DNA of 60,602 bases, counting the filler, from Sphacelaria rigidula (taxonomy: Eukaryota), in NCBI GenBank assembly GCA_964200075.2. It is 9 parts of 9 records of this genome, joined end to end, with 100 filler letters (N's around TTAATTAATTAA, not from the genome) between each part and the next. Parts side by side here need not be neighbours in the genome. Positions count along the whole stretch, not along the records: positions 20,236 to 26,880 come from CAXNAA020018861.1; positions 26,981 to 33,625 come from CAXNAA020018862.1; positions 33,726 to 40,370 come from CAXNAA020018863.1; 6 more parts are not named here. One strand, 5' to 3'. The notes under the pieces are model-generated. The model did no database searches. It saw only the letters and a program-made list of their open reading frames with translations, and was not told the origin of the DNA. Below are positions 25,133 through 37,000 of this stretch, in pieces. A program made the position numbers and the translations under genes. Numbering within the stretch: the first letter of the stretch is position 1; the number at the start of each line of letters is the position of its first letter.

Positions 25133-26579
25133 GCCGGGTTTGACAAGCGGATAAGAAGTGTTGACGCCGTACCCTGGTGCGACGGTAATATTTTATGCTG
25201 CACTGCGCTACTGTTTGTATGTAATATAACAGACGGTACTGTACTGTCCTACACTCTGCTGTCACTGTACTTGAAGGGCAATGGATGACACTGCACTCGT
25301 GAACTCTTGTCGCACACTGTGCACTGTTTCGCAGTACCGACTGTATCGTCATGTATTACCACAGCATTAGTACTGTGATTGTGGAATGTACTGCACCGCG
25401 CTAGACCCCAGGGTACCACGGCACGACGCTGCTCTTGAAAGATGATTTACTGCCTGTCTGTTCTTCGGCTTCACTATGACACCATACCCCTGCAGAAAAT
25501 GATCCGCCGTGTACAGAACAATTTCAACAAGTCTGTGAAACCATGACACATACAGGCGTAAACATGAATACAAGTTTCGTGAATCGGAGTCCCCCCGATT
25601 TGGCACAGATTGGGGTCCCGCCAGAGTCTGGAATGGCTGCCATACAAGTTGGTCTAAAGCCTCCGATTTAGAAAAAGTGTACTCCCGAATATAAAAACGA
25701 CGCAGGATCGGTCAAAATAGATTATGTGAGTGGATTCTTATTTCCCCCTGTATGGGTGAAAATACCTTTTTTTCGCACAGAAGAAAGCTAGCACAGGGGT
25801 TTTGTTTTCTTTTTTTTGAGCAATCCACCTTCCTTATGCGGTGCTTGCCTTTCTTTTCACCGAGAGAAGGGTTCAGCGATCCCTCCCCTTGTCGACCGTG
25901 AAGTCGAACTTTTTGTACTCACGACATCGTCGCTCTCCACTGTTGGGCATGGTGTGAGAGAAAATCCCAGGTCTTCCCGAGATTTGAACCCACGTCCCAG
26001 CCGTCAGGAAGTTTCGAGGTTACCATCTGAGCCACCGGGGCGACCGGCTACTGCTATGTGTTTCTCAATCCTGTCATCCCTGTGAAACTTTCATACCGGT
26101 GTCCGACAGTTTTGTACGTTTTGTAAGTTCATCACACCCGTGGTCGACAAGTCTGTAAGGTCTGAAAGCCTCCCATAACCCCAACCCGGGGTCAGGGTAT
26201 ACCTTTTTATCCGCTGCAGATAGAGTACAGGTATATGTCCGGGGGAGGTGCGTATGAGTATTGATTCAATCGCTACGCAGTCTGATAACTTACATCTGTT
26301 CCCTAACCCCTATCAATCAAACTCCCCTCGTTCACTCAAAAGCCATGCACCGATCAAAATATATTTTTCAAGTTTCGTAAACTGACGGGTAAGTGGCACC
26401 GTTGAGTGGAAAAGCGAAGCATGGAAAGCAATGCAGACCGTCGAGGTGGATCGCTCCTAGATACGAGTGGTGCATCGAGTGGGGGCGCTTCATTTGCGCC
26501 ACCAGCGGTATCGAGTAGCAAGGTTCAGGTCATCGAATTTGATGGTGGTGGTGTCCCCGGGGTATCTTACCGGGTGTTA

Positions 26580-26810
26580 TCCCTACCCAACAGTTCTGTG
26601 ACTTCTATAAGACTTTCATACCGGAACCGATAGTTCTGTAGCTTCTGTAAGTTTTTCATTGCCCTACCCGATATTTCTGTGAATTCTGTAAGACTTTCAT
26701 CCCCCTACTCGATTGGTCTGTGACTTCAGTAACACTTTCATACTCCTACTCGATCGGTCTGTGACTTCTGTACGACTTTCATACCGGTCCACGAGAGTTC
26801 CGTGACTATT
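26580..26810 (+). repeat. ~40-bp minisatellite (~6 copies); related units at ~26080-26180
   Basis: Recurring CCTAC.CGA..G.TCTGTGACTTCTGTAAGACTTTCATA. Confidence 0.9.
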
Positions 26811-27302
26811 GGATCCCCCTATAACAACAAATTGTGCGAATTGAGGTTTAACTCCGAGATGAGGTTCAAGCCTAAAACAGNNNNNNNNNNNNNNNNNNNN
26901 NNNNNNNNNNNNNNNNNNNNNNNNTTAATTAATTAANNNNNNNNNNNNNNNNNNNNNNNNNNNNNNNNNNNNNNNNNNNNCTACAATGAGTTGCTTTATT
27001 GTCTGGTTTCACCACTTCCAGAGACAGCCATGGTTTTTACACTGCCTCATGGGTGCGGCACCTGATATTGGGGGGGAAATGATCATATGGCCGCGCCAAT
27101 GCACACGGACAACAGAGGAGAATGGATTTGGCATATGCTGGGATACAACGTTTCACTGGGTGTCTCATTCCTTCTTCTGTGTCTCGCGTTGCTTGCCTGG
27201 CGCGGAAGCTGTGGGTGTGTGGGGTAATGTCTATGTTTCGGTGATAGAAAGGCGAGCCTGCATCTGTGACCTCGGGTTCGAGAGACTGGGCTAATGTGCG
27301 GC

Positions 27303-27404
27303 AATAATAATAATAGTGGTAGTAGTAGTAATAATAATAATGATAATGATAGTGATAATGATAATGATAATGATAATGACAATGACGATTATATTATTAT
27401 TGCG

Positions 27405-27466
<62 letters not shown>

Positions 27467-27740
27467 CATTACCATGATCGTGATCATAGTCACTATCATA
27501 GTCATGATCATAATCATAAATCATAATCATATTCATACTCAGAATTGTAGTTATAATCATAGCCATAGCCATAATCATAACCAGAATCCTATTTTATAAA
27601 TCATATTCATATTCATATATTCGTATCCATATGTTGATATGAATATTCATATGTTGATATGAATATGAATATTTATATCTATATATTCATGTATTCGTAT
27701 TCATGTTCACTTCATGTTCATGTTCATAGTGATAATCATG
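27303..27740. repeat. Compound trinucleotide/hexanucleotide microsatellite (AAT, GATAAT, ACT, CAT)
   Basis: Read directly from the sequence. Confidence 0.97.
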
Positions 27741-28304
27741 AAGTGTAAGCATACTGTACACGCCATACGCGTGCGTTTGTTTTTGTGCTATTATAGCTGC
27801 TGGTTGGGTTCCGCAATCAAATACCACAGTCTCGTATACACTGCCATGTCAAAATCCCCCCATGATGCAGCAATTCCTTCCGTTGTTGGAGCATCCATCA
27901 CTTACACTTGTCGTGCCTATTTCCGATAATACGTCTTCCCGTAGATAGTTCTTGTCGTGAACAGAAGAGCAGTATACCGTTGTGATTCACGGAGGAACGC
28001 TTTGAGTTTTTTTACGTCACTTTCAATCGAGTATTTCATGTTGGCTAAAGTCGAGCTACACTACTATTATATGCGATTTGCCGAAATTCATGGAAATCCG
28101 AACGGGTAACAGGCGAAGTGATACACAGATGAGGTGATAAACAGATGAGGTGATATACGGATGGAGCAGATCGAGCGAACCCTTTCCCGTGTATATATCC
28201 GCATGAACGAGTTAATTCATGATTGCCTTTTCAATTTTCTCTTGTTTTTTCACGGTGATACATACATCTGTTTGTATGTGTCGTCGACCGCTTTCGGACC
28301 CCAG

Positions 28305-31300
28305 GATCCACAAAGCCATCACGAGCGATAACGTGGCGGTGTTCCCCACTTTCTACGCCGCCGTTGACTGGTGCGAGACGCAGCTGATCCGATCTCTGGC
28401 GCATGACGATGCTTCCAGTGAGAACACCAGCTTCTGGACCACCAGCCACTTCTCACGCAAGGATAGTTTTAGGTGAGGTTGGTGAAGCTACATCGTTGCG
28501 CACCTACCTGCGTTGTTCTTGGAGGCGCTGTCGGGATCGTTCTTGGTCTCGTACGTCGTCTCCGTCAGGCTATCTGTTTTTGCTGTTTCTCTCTCTCCTT
28601 TTGCTATCGGTGATTGGCGCTCTACTCTCTTTTGTCCGTCGCTCTCATTCTTTTATAGTCGACATTCGTTCAGCGAATGATTTCTTCTGTTCACTGTGGC
28701 CTTGAATGCGTCTAGCGTTGGATGTGCTGTGAACTGTAACCGGACGTGTATAACTGTACCGACATTTATGAAGGTTTTGCTGGATCAACATTCGCAGCTT
28801 CTTCGTGTGTCGCAACACTTTCGATCATCATATCATCACACCTAGAGCTCGATTTTTCAGTCATCACCACCCCTCCCGTCTGTTTATTTCCGTGTTCGTG
28901 CGGTTTCCGGGATTAACATTTGTCTGGCAGACCTGCGGCCGCAACGATCAAGCAATTGCTGAGACAGATACTGGATCTCCCAGAAGCCGCCGCCGCGGTC
29001 GAGGGCGTTGAAAGGTGAGCTGTACTTACCCCTGCGTGTACACGCGCTGCTGAAGGGTACAGCAAAAGGAAGAGCCATTTTGGAGCTTTGTGTGGAGGGT
29101 ACGTTCCGCACATTCCTGGGATTCTGCAACCTCGGTCCCCTGAACAACTTCCAGGAAGATTCTTTCCTCCATCATAATGCAGCCTCGCTAGTTCACCTGG
29201 TCCTCGAGACGGGGCTACTCTTCGCTATAAGTAGCCTCTGTATGCTCCGCATTATATGCACGAAATTCGGCTCGACAGTCAAAACACGGGCACGGCCCTC
29301 ATGGTCACCGCTCTTTCGCGGGAGCACAATGTCTCCATGTGGTGCTGTGGTCAGTTGTTTTATCGTTTTATTCGTCGACAAATACAGCTGGAAAATGACA
29401 AAAGGAAGCATATTCCCACAGGACATGGACACAAAAACGTGTCCACTATTGGTACTTACTACTCATCTGCCAGTATCGCGTCGCAGTATTTGTAACGTTA
29501 CGCGTCCGTTAATGTTTCCCCCCCCTCACGTGGGGGCGAAACAAATGAAAACAAGAACAGACGGATGTCCCGCTTGTCTCACTCACCAGCTTTCCCACCT
29601 CGAAAATAATCTTAACGGCTGTACGGTACATTCTTGCGTGCTGTTGACCTTCTCGGACGCTGCGATGTGACGAGATACTGTGATCCGCTGCGCACCGTAC
29701 ACTATTCTCCGTGACGGGATGCAGTTCAACTCTTTGCTTGGTGACGATTGTTCTCTTTCGACGCGGGAGGCGTGGACAGTGCTTCTTCACTGTCCGCTTG
29801 TAAAAGCAACCCCGTTGTGCTCTTTCTCCGCGTGCTTTGGTTCAAGCACTGACCCCCTTTCCATTCGATCGTCCATTTTTCAATGTAATTGTCGTCCGCG
29901 TCAAACTCTGCCACGTCAACGTAAGTAGCAGCTGCACACGGCATAGAGGGAACAACGATAAGGTTGAGAGTTTCGTGCGTTTCGGGTACGATACACGTGT
30001 ATTGTATATGCGATCCGCCGCGCCCCGGCGATGTGTTACTGGTACACCTACCGCGAATTGGAGGGGAACGCTGCAGGTCGGCTAGAATTCCGAAAGATAC
30101 GATCGTTTTGAGCAGAATCTGGTTCACGTGATTGAGAGAGCGAGAGGATATGAGCAGCAGAGAGAAATTGACGAGGGTCACGACCCGGTGCGCGGGAGTC
30201 ATGGTCCAATTTGCAACACCAAATTGGACGAGGTGTATTGATCTCTTGACACTAGTGCGATCTTGTCCCGTCGAATGGAAGAGGGTAAAATATGAAGGAG
30301 ACAAGGAAATAGTGGAAGGGGTGCCGCAGTGTTGTACCACGGCATCTAACAGATTCCATACCTTCAGTCGCGGGTCACGTGGCAATATGACACCAGCCTC
30401 ACTCCCCCCTTGAATCATACATCCGTCACGCGTGTTGTTGTTGTTGTGGTTATTGTGGTTGTCGTTGCTGTCGATGTTATCGTTGTCGTTGTTCTCGCTG
30501 TTGTTTGTGTTGAAGGTACTGCTACGACGAAGAGTACGAGGCGGGTGAGATCATCTTCTCTCCGGGAGAAGCCGCCGACAGCTTCTTCGTTGTTACTGAT
30601 GGGCAGGTACTTCAAAGTGCCCCCTCCCCCCCTCCCCCCCTCCCCCCTGCGCGAAGTTACGGCAATGGTGGCCTTCGAGATGCTCTATTCGTTCCTCTCC
30701 TCCAGATGTCAGGACCCTGAAAGCTCGAGTGAGAGATCGCCAGAGATACTTCTTGCGGTCACAGTCGCTGGGACGAGCTCGTGAAAAAGCACGACGAATG
30801 AGCACGTGATACACACTCCAGTGCTCTGTCAAACCACGGGGGTATGCTCGCGAAGGTTCCCGCTCTCTGAAAGCGTAACGGAAGCGTTCATGAAAACGCC
30901 TCCGCTAATCCTTTGAAGAACTATTTCCTTGGATTTCTGCCCCTCTTCTGGAGTTATGATCCGGCATCGAAGACCTCTTGTTTGTCTGTATTTTTTCGTT
31001 TGTTCTTTGACACACACAAAATGATACAAGGGATACTAGTACCCCACTTTCAATTTTTGTCCCAGTTGTTTTATTTGTGCAATTTGACCATGCTTTTTTT
31101 TTTTGCGGTTTAGATCCCCATCGACGGGTCTCCTCTTGTTCGAATGAATGAATATTTTTCTAACTGAAGATAATTCAGCGAGTATTGGCACTTTATTCGT
31201 ACCTTGCGTACATACATTCGTCTATCTTGTCGATTATGACCACGGCTGAATAATGACCGTAGGGAACACTTAACGTGCGGCATTCGATCGAATCAAGCAA

Positions 31301-31547
31301 ATACTATTATCGCTCAATACGCACGAGTCGCATCGGTTTTCACAGTCAACACTGTGACGAGCGGGTCTTAGTTACTTTCGGTGATGTTCATATTTGCTGC
31401 TTCTCTTCTAACGCGTCGTTTGTCGTCGCCCTTCATGGGATCATGGAATGTATGCAGGTGCAGATGCAGGTATCTCTAGATGGACGCTCGGGAGGAAACG
31501 CTGAGGATCGACAACGTGCCAACAGCATTGCAAGGGCTGGAGGGCAG
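28305..31547 (+). CDS. SLC26/SulP-type anion transporter C-terminal region (end of STAS domain plus cNMP-binding domain), partial; exons 28305-28472, 28931-29014, 30516-30606, 31458-31547; possible next exon 32696-32736
   Basis: Phase-consistent GT-AG exons give VFPTFYAAVDWCETQLI (STAS C-terminal F..L..A.EWCE..L motif), then YEAGEIIFSPGEAADSFFVVTDGQV (start of a cNMP-binding beta-barrel). The transmembrane part is not in this contig, so the SLC26 call is inferred from the domain pair. Confidence 0.75.
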
Positions 31548-34087
31548 GTGACAAATCTCGCTTTATATATATATATCTCTATATACGTAAATGTCACCAA
31601 TTTTTCTCACTTGGTCTACTGTGTCGTTTTGTTCGACGTTTTTTTCTGTTCCTTCTTTTATTAAGCGAGTCTTTTAGTTTCGCTCCTCTTGGGCACGTCT
31701 ATCATGCGACCACGGCTGGACACATGAGGGGTCAGTTAAAGTGTGACAATCAATCAACCCATCAATCAAATGTACGGTGTACACAGACGTTGGTTCGTGA
31801 AGGATGATATTGTTCGTATGAGGCGCTAAGTGGTCACTCTCTCCATGGCAGTTTTGGGACTGGTTTGGCGGGGGGTTCTGTCGCGGCATCACTCCTGATG
31901 TTGTTCGACCAGAGAGGTGACGCGGTACGAGAGCGCTGACCCAATATGCGAGTCCAAATGCAAGACGTGTACCGGGTAGGGGTAAGTTGGGTTGACCCCT
32001 TATGTCCACGTACTCATCCTGAGGAAGGGGAGGGATTCAAGGTGCGTCGAAAAAGGATTTGTATGAGGAGGCCCTCTATAGGAAGAGTAGAGTACTATCC
32101 AAGATACTACGAGTTTATACTTCCACTTATGTGGAGGTCCCCGTCAGAAGGAGTAGATGGTAAATTACCACTGATCTTTGTGGAGAATCTGACACCATCT
32201 TCATTGGAACCAATTCTTGCTGCTTACTGTACCAGCCACGATGTCCCAGCCTGACCCCCGACAAAACGGGGACACTTACTATCCAGTGTTGGTACTTGTA
32301 GAGAACTTGACACCTCCTAGCACCTATGAACAACGCTGCCCTCGCTGACGACCGTGGTTTACAGGTGCTGTTTGGAGTCGGGACCATCTTCGGATACGTG
32401 GATTTCCAATTGGAAGAGCCCAGGGGTCAAACCGCCGTGGCGGCCACGGATTGCGCTATCTGCGTGTTCAGTAGGCCTCTCCTCGACAAGTGAGAGTCAC
32501 AGCCCTACAATTGCACTTCCATTGTACTATCGAAAACCGTGTGTGTTTCATGTCCGTGACCTCTACAGTATACCTTGCACTTCGCTTCTTCTTTTTTCTT
32601 TTCTCAAATTCTGTCCTCGAGTATCCTTTTTGGAATGTTTCCGTTCACCTTACATCGGGTACACCTATCTTTTGACTGTGGCTGGATTCGTACAGGATGA
32701 GCCAAAACTCTTTCGATCGCCGGGATGTATGGGCAGGTCAGTCGGTCTGTAGATTCGGCGTCATTTCTCACTTGAAGGATGAGATTGGATAATCCAGAGG
32801 ACCCGACCTATGCGGTCAAAATGTCAACTTCAAAGCAATATCTATTCGCCAAGTGAAACCAGATCAAATCGAATTCGTTAATTGAGTGTGACGGGGCCGT
32901 AAAGTACGAATAGGCTTCATTTCCGTGAAAAAGCTCTGGTCCCTGCGGGGTGAAGCAGCATCCCAGAGGAATATCTAACGCCATCCTGAGGCAGATCTGC
33001 GTGCTTCGTACTGTGTGTGGCCAGTCAACTCAGCTCGTGTTTGTGGTGCACGCGACTGTGGCTCGAGAGAAGTGCGCCACACCCTGGACAAGAGATTTTA
33101 ATGTCGAAAAATGTACTGCGTACAGTATGTAATCTACCGTCTGTCGCAATGGGCGCAATAGTCTAAACTGTACGCGGTACACTTTTTGACTATGTGTTAT
33201 CTTGTCCAGGGTGTAAAGTGCGCATGTTTTCCGGATCAATGGCACGCGTTCTGCCAGACATGAGCGCAGCGAGCTGTACCGTAAGATTTTACTGTTTGTT
33301 TTGACATTGGTTGAGGCTATTACCGAAGTTGGTTGCGCCTGATTGACTGATCAATTAACAGAATGATCATTGATCGATTGATCGAATGCCCGTCGCACAT
33401 GAGCACATTAGCTAGAGGTTTATCCCTACAGAAATTGCCAGGAACACTCGGGTAGTTGCTGCGAGTATCATCACATTACATGCCACATAATATTTTCCTT
33501 CTATATATTTCTTCTTCCGAAGTACTTTTTTTCAACGAACATGTACCCCCCCCCTCCCCTGGAAGTGGCGATACCACAGAATAAAGCAACTGATCGTTGG
33601 CTGTCATCCAAGTGCAATTTCTGTANNNNNNNNNNNNNNNNNNNNNNNNNNNNNNNNNNNNNNNNNNNNTTAATTAATTAANNNNNNNNNNNNNNNNNNN
33701 NNNNNNNNNNNNNNNNNNNNNNNNNGCACGCCGGGTTCTCGCCGGACCAGGCTAATAAATAACGATGGGGGGGGGGGGGGTATGAGCCATGAGGGGGGGC
33801 GCTAGGACGCGGGCCGAAACAAGCAGATTGCAACTTAGCAATAGTGGCAGCGTAGCAGATCTGCGGGTGATATCCTTAATTATCGTCACTTGAAGATAAA
33901 ACCGGGAACACCCCTCGTTCAACGATACAGCGGAAAACGTACTTCTGAATTCGTCCAGAATCGCGGCTATCGGTCGGAGGACACGCTGGAAAAAAAAAAA
34001 AAGGCGAGAAGCACACTTCATCGCTTCTTCCTCTTGATCCGCTTCCACATCGCGTGTAGATGGAACATATCATGACATATCTCCCAC

Positions 34088-37000
34088 CTCCATCAAGTCT
34101 TTCCCGTCTCCTTCCTGGACCAACACCAGCAGTGCCGACGTCGATAGGGCCCGAAGAAGGCTCTCTCCAAGGCAGAGCATGAGGCCGTGGAGCAAGAAGA
34201 TGGTCTTCGCGCGCAGAGCGAGGTGTCGCGGAAACGCCATCAAGGCGGACGTAGCTGCTTCCATCGCCTGTCCGATTTTCAAGATCATTTTTCGTCGTTT
34301 TGGTTAACCGGCACACTTGTGTGTTGTAACAGCAACATGTAGAGCGTCACTTTGAAACGTACAGTTTCACGCGAGTCCCCTGTAAGAATAGTTCATAGTC
34401 GATTCGCTTCGTGTCTGTATGTTTACCGAGATTCAAGTATCTAACGGGATGACCTTCGTATTTTTCGACAATCGTTCTTGCATGTTGTAAGGGCAAAATT
34501 AAGATGTACAGCCCGAATTTGAAAAGGGTGTATACGCGAGTCTATCGTGAAGGAAATCCACCGTTGCTTCATTTCTTTCTCGAATGGGTACTGAGTACAG
34601 AGCCTTGAATCTCCGAGGGATGGCAGTCTCAAGTGCTCCCCAGTGTACACAGGACGCTCTTTACTCAGCACAACTCGAGGAGGGATGGGCGACAAAAATC
34701 CCATATATCCATGAGAAGTTCACATAGCTTCATTCGGGTCGCAGTCAAACACGTATAGACAAAGCCGATCATTCTAAAGAAGCTCTCGCGGAAATGGGTA
34801 GAAAACGTACCGAGATTCATATTCAAGACTTGAAAAGGTGTCGCATGGGCTAGAAAAAACCGACTCATTCGACAGTCAAGTTATGAGCGACGGCGGGGGG
34901 GGGGGGGGGGGGGGACTGTGCACACCACAGTCAAGGTTTCATCCATAGACCAGGGCCCTAAACCTTTTCACCGCCAGATGTAAATTTGGCAGTCATTTTC
35001 ACTCGAAAAAATAACCGAGATTCAGAGCGCCCACCCAGGTGAAAGGGTCGAACACCTGGGAGTAAATATTTGCTATTGGTTTCCTTCATCGATACAGTGC
35101 GTGATCTTGATACATGAAGAATGAAAAAGTCCAAAACAAAACACAAATCGTCAAAAGCACGTTTTGAGTAAACAAAGCGGTACACCGGGGTACAAAAATC
35201 CGACCTCGGGATAATGACCAACAATGACGAAACAAACTATACTCGGAAGGGGATCATACGAGGAGGCAGCACAGGGTAACCAAGAATGCTCGGGTTCGAT
35301 ATTCGACGTTTCTGCCAAGCTTGTGCCTAGATGGATGGAATAGGTACTCGATGTAGATCACACTCCGCACAGAAGATTACACTGTCAAGAAGTGTAGTGC
35401 GTGCATTATCGGCTATCGCGAATGAACAATAGATTCCATTTTGTACGCAGTACACTTTTTGACAATGCGATCCACTGTTCAGGGTGTGTTGTTCATCACC
35501 CATGGACAATAACAAGTGGGAACTGATCTTCGCGCCCATATTACGGTGCCAACGCCAAGGTTTGTGACGCATGGCACACTTCCACAACATCTCCGTGAGA
35601 AGACGAGACCCCGCTTCCATCATTTCAGACGCACTTGGAACAGAGTACAGCAGGGCACTCCAGTTACTCCGAATTCAAGTACGAGCTGGGCCAGCCTAGA
35701 AACGGATCTGTGGGTTACAAGCCGATTCTCGCCTCAATTTTTAGAGATGGGCGTTCAAATTTGGCATGAAGAATTGTATGTGTTGTGTGTTGTTGAGTTG
35801 TCACCCCATCCATTCTGGACGCCGGTCTACACCTTTCGGTATATGTAGGCGCATCAGCCGGTGTCACACAGGAGGAAGGTCTACACAGGAGTTTTTTCTT
35901 CGTTCCTTCCGCAGCAGCGATACCCCGAAATATCTGTACTGAGACTCTACTACACTTGCGAAGGCCCTTGCACCCCTTTCTGACGACCGGTCTGGCTGCG
36001 GAAGAGGACGTCGCCTGTTCATGAATACGCCAACACTGTCCATGTACATTCTTTCGCATGACAAAAAAACCGGACAGGCGGGTGGAGTCGGGGTACAAAC
36101 CTGGAAGAATCTAGCCTCCACCTCCGACGCCACGGGCGGTTTGAAACCTTTCGACAAATTGGCCAGCGCCCCGACACTGACTGCCATCTCCGCCCCCGTG
36201 GCGTCCACGTCTTTGCCGCTCGCCGCAGCCATTGCCGCCGACTGTAGATTATCCGCGATTCTTCGAAGTTGAGGTCCCGACACGCCGTCAAGATGCCGTA
36301 CCTGCGCCACCCAAAAAAAAAAAGCGTGATCACGCGCGCGTGAGGGGGTGGAAAAAGCTGTGCCTAGACCAAGTTTTATTCTTGCAGCGCCTAGTCGTGC
36401 AGGTGGCCCGTTGTTGGCCTAGCCATTTTGGGGGCTTCGGAATAAACAGCCAACGATCGAAATTTAGGATGGAGCTTTCCATTGAGGATGATGACCCGGA
36501 GGATTAACATCTTCGTCTCCACACCAAACCTTCGAAACGTTGTTCTTTTCCTTCACCTACTGGTAGCTTTTGACAAGTACTACACGTCATACAATTTTGG
36601 ATTTCGATGACCGAATTGTTGGGGTCCTAGGTGAAAAATCAGTTTCGGGGAATTTCGGCGATCCGATCGGATCACCTAGAGTCCTCCAACTTGTTTTTTC
36701 GTCCAGGACCCCAACATTTCGGTTATCGAAATCCAAATTTGTAGGGCGTGTAGTACTTGTCAATAGCCACCAGTATTACAGGTGAAGGAATAGAACCACA
36801 TTTCGAATATTTGGTATCGAGACGAAGATGTTAATCCTCCGGGTTTTCATCCTCAATTTCGATGATCGGCTGTTTATAGTTGTTCTCATGAAAGACACAG
36901 CGCCTGCCCAGAAAGTAGGGGGGTCTGGGCCCGCTAGGCCGTTCTCATGCACGTGTTCGTGTCACGTCGATACAGTACAGTGCAGTACCATACAATTACA

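Noticed and set aside
26580..26810. CRISPR-like periodicity of ~40 bp (also 24420-24580 and 41372-41518)
   Set aside because: Whole units are diverged copies with no unique spacers, there are no cas genes, and the context is eukaryotic. These are minisatellites.
27083..27599. Poly-Ile/Ser/Thr/Asn ORFs (also 40478-40852)
   Set aside because: These are translations of microsatellites.
33876..34316. 146-aa ORF from the track
   Set aside because: It overlaps the exportin-T exon 34088-34267 in the wrong frame and continues into intron.
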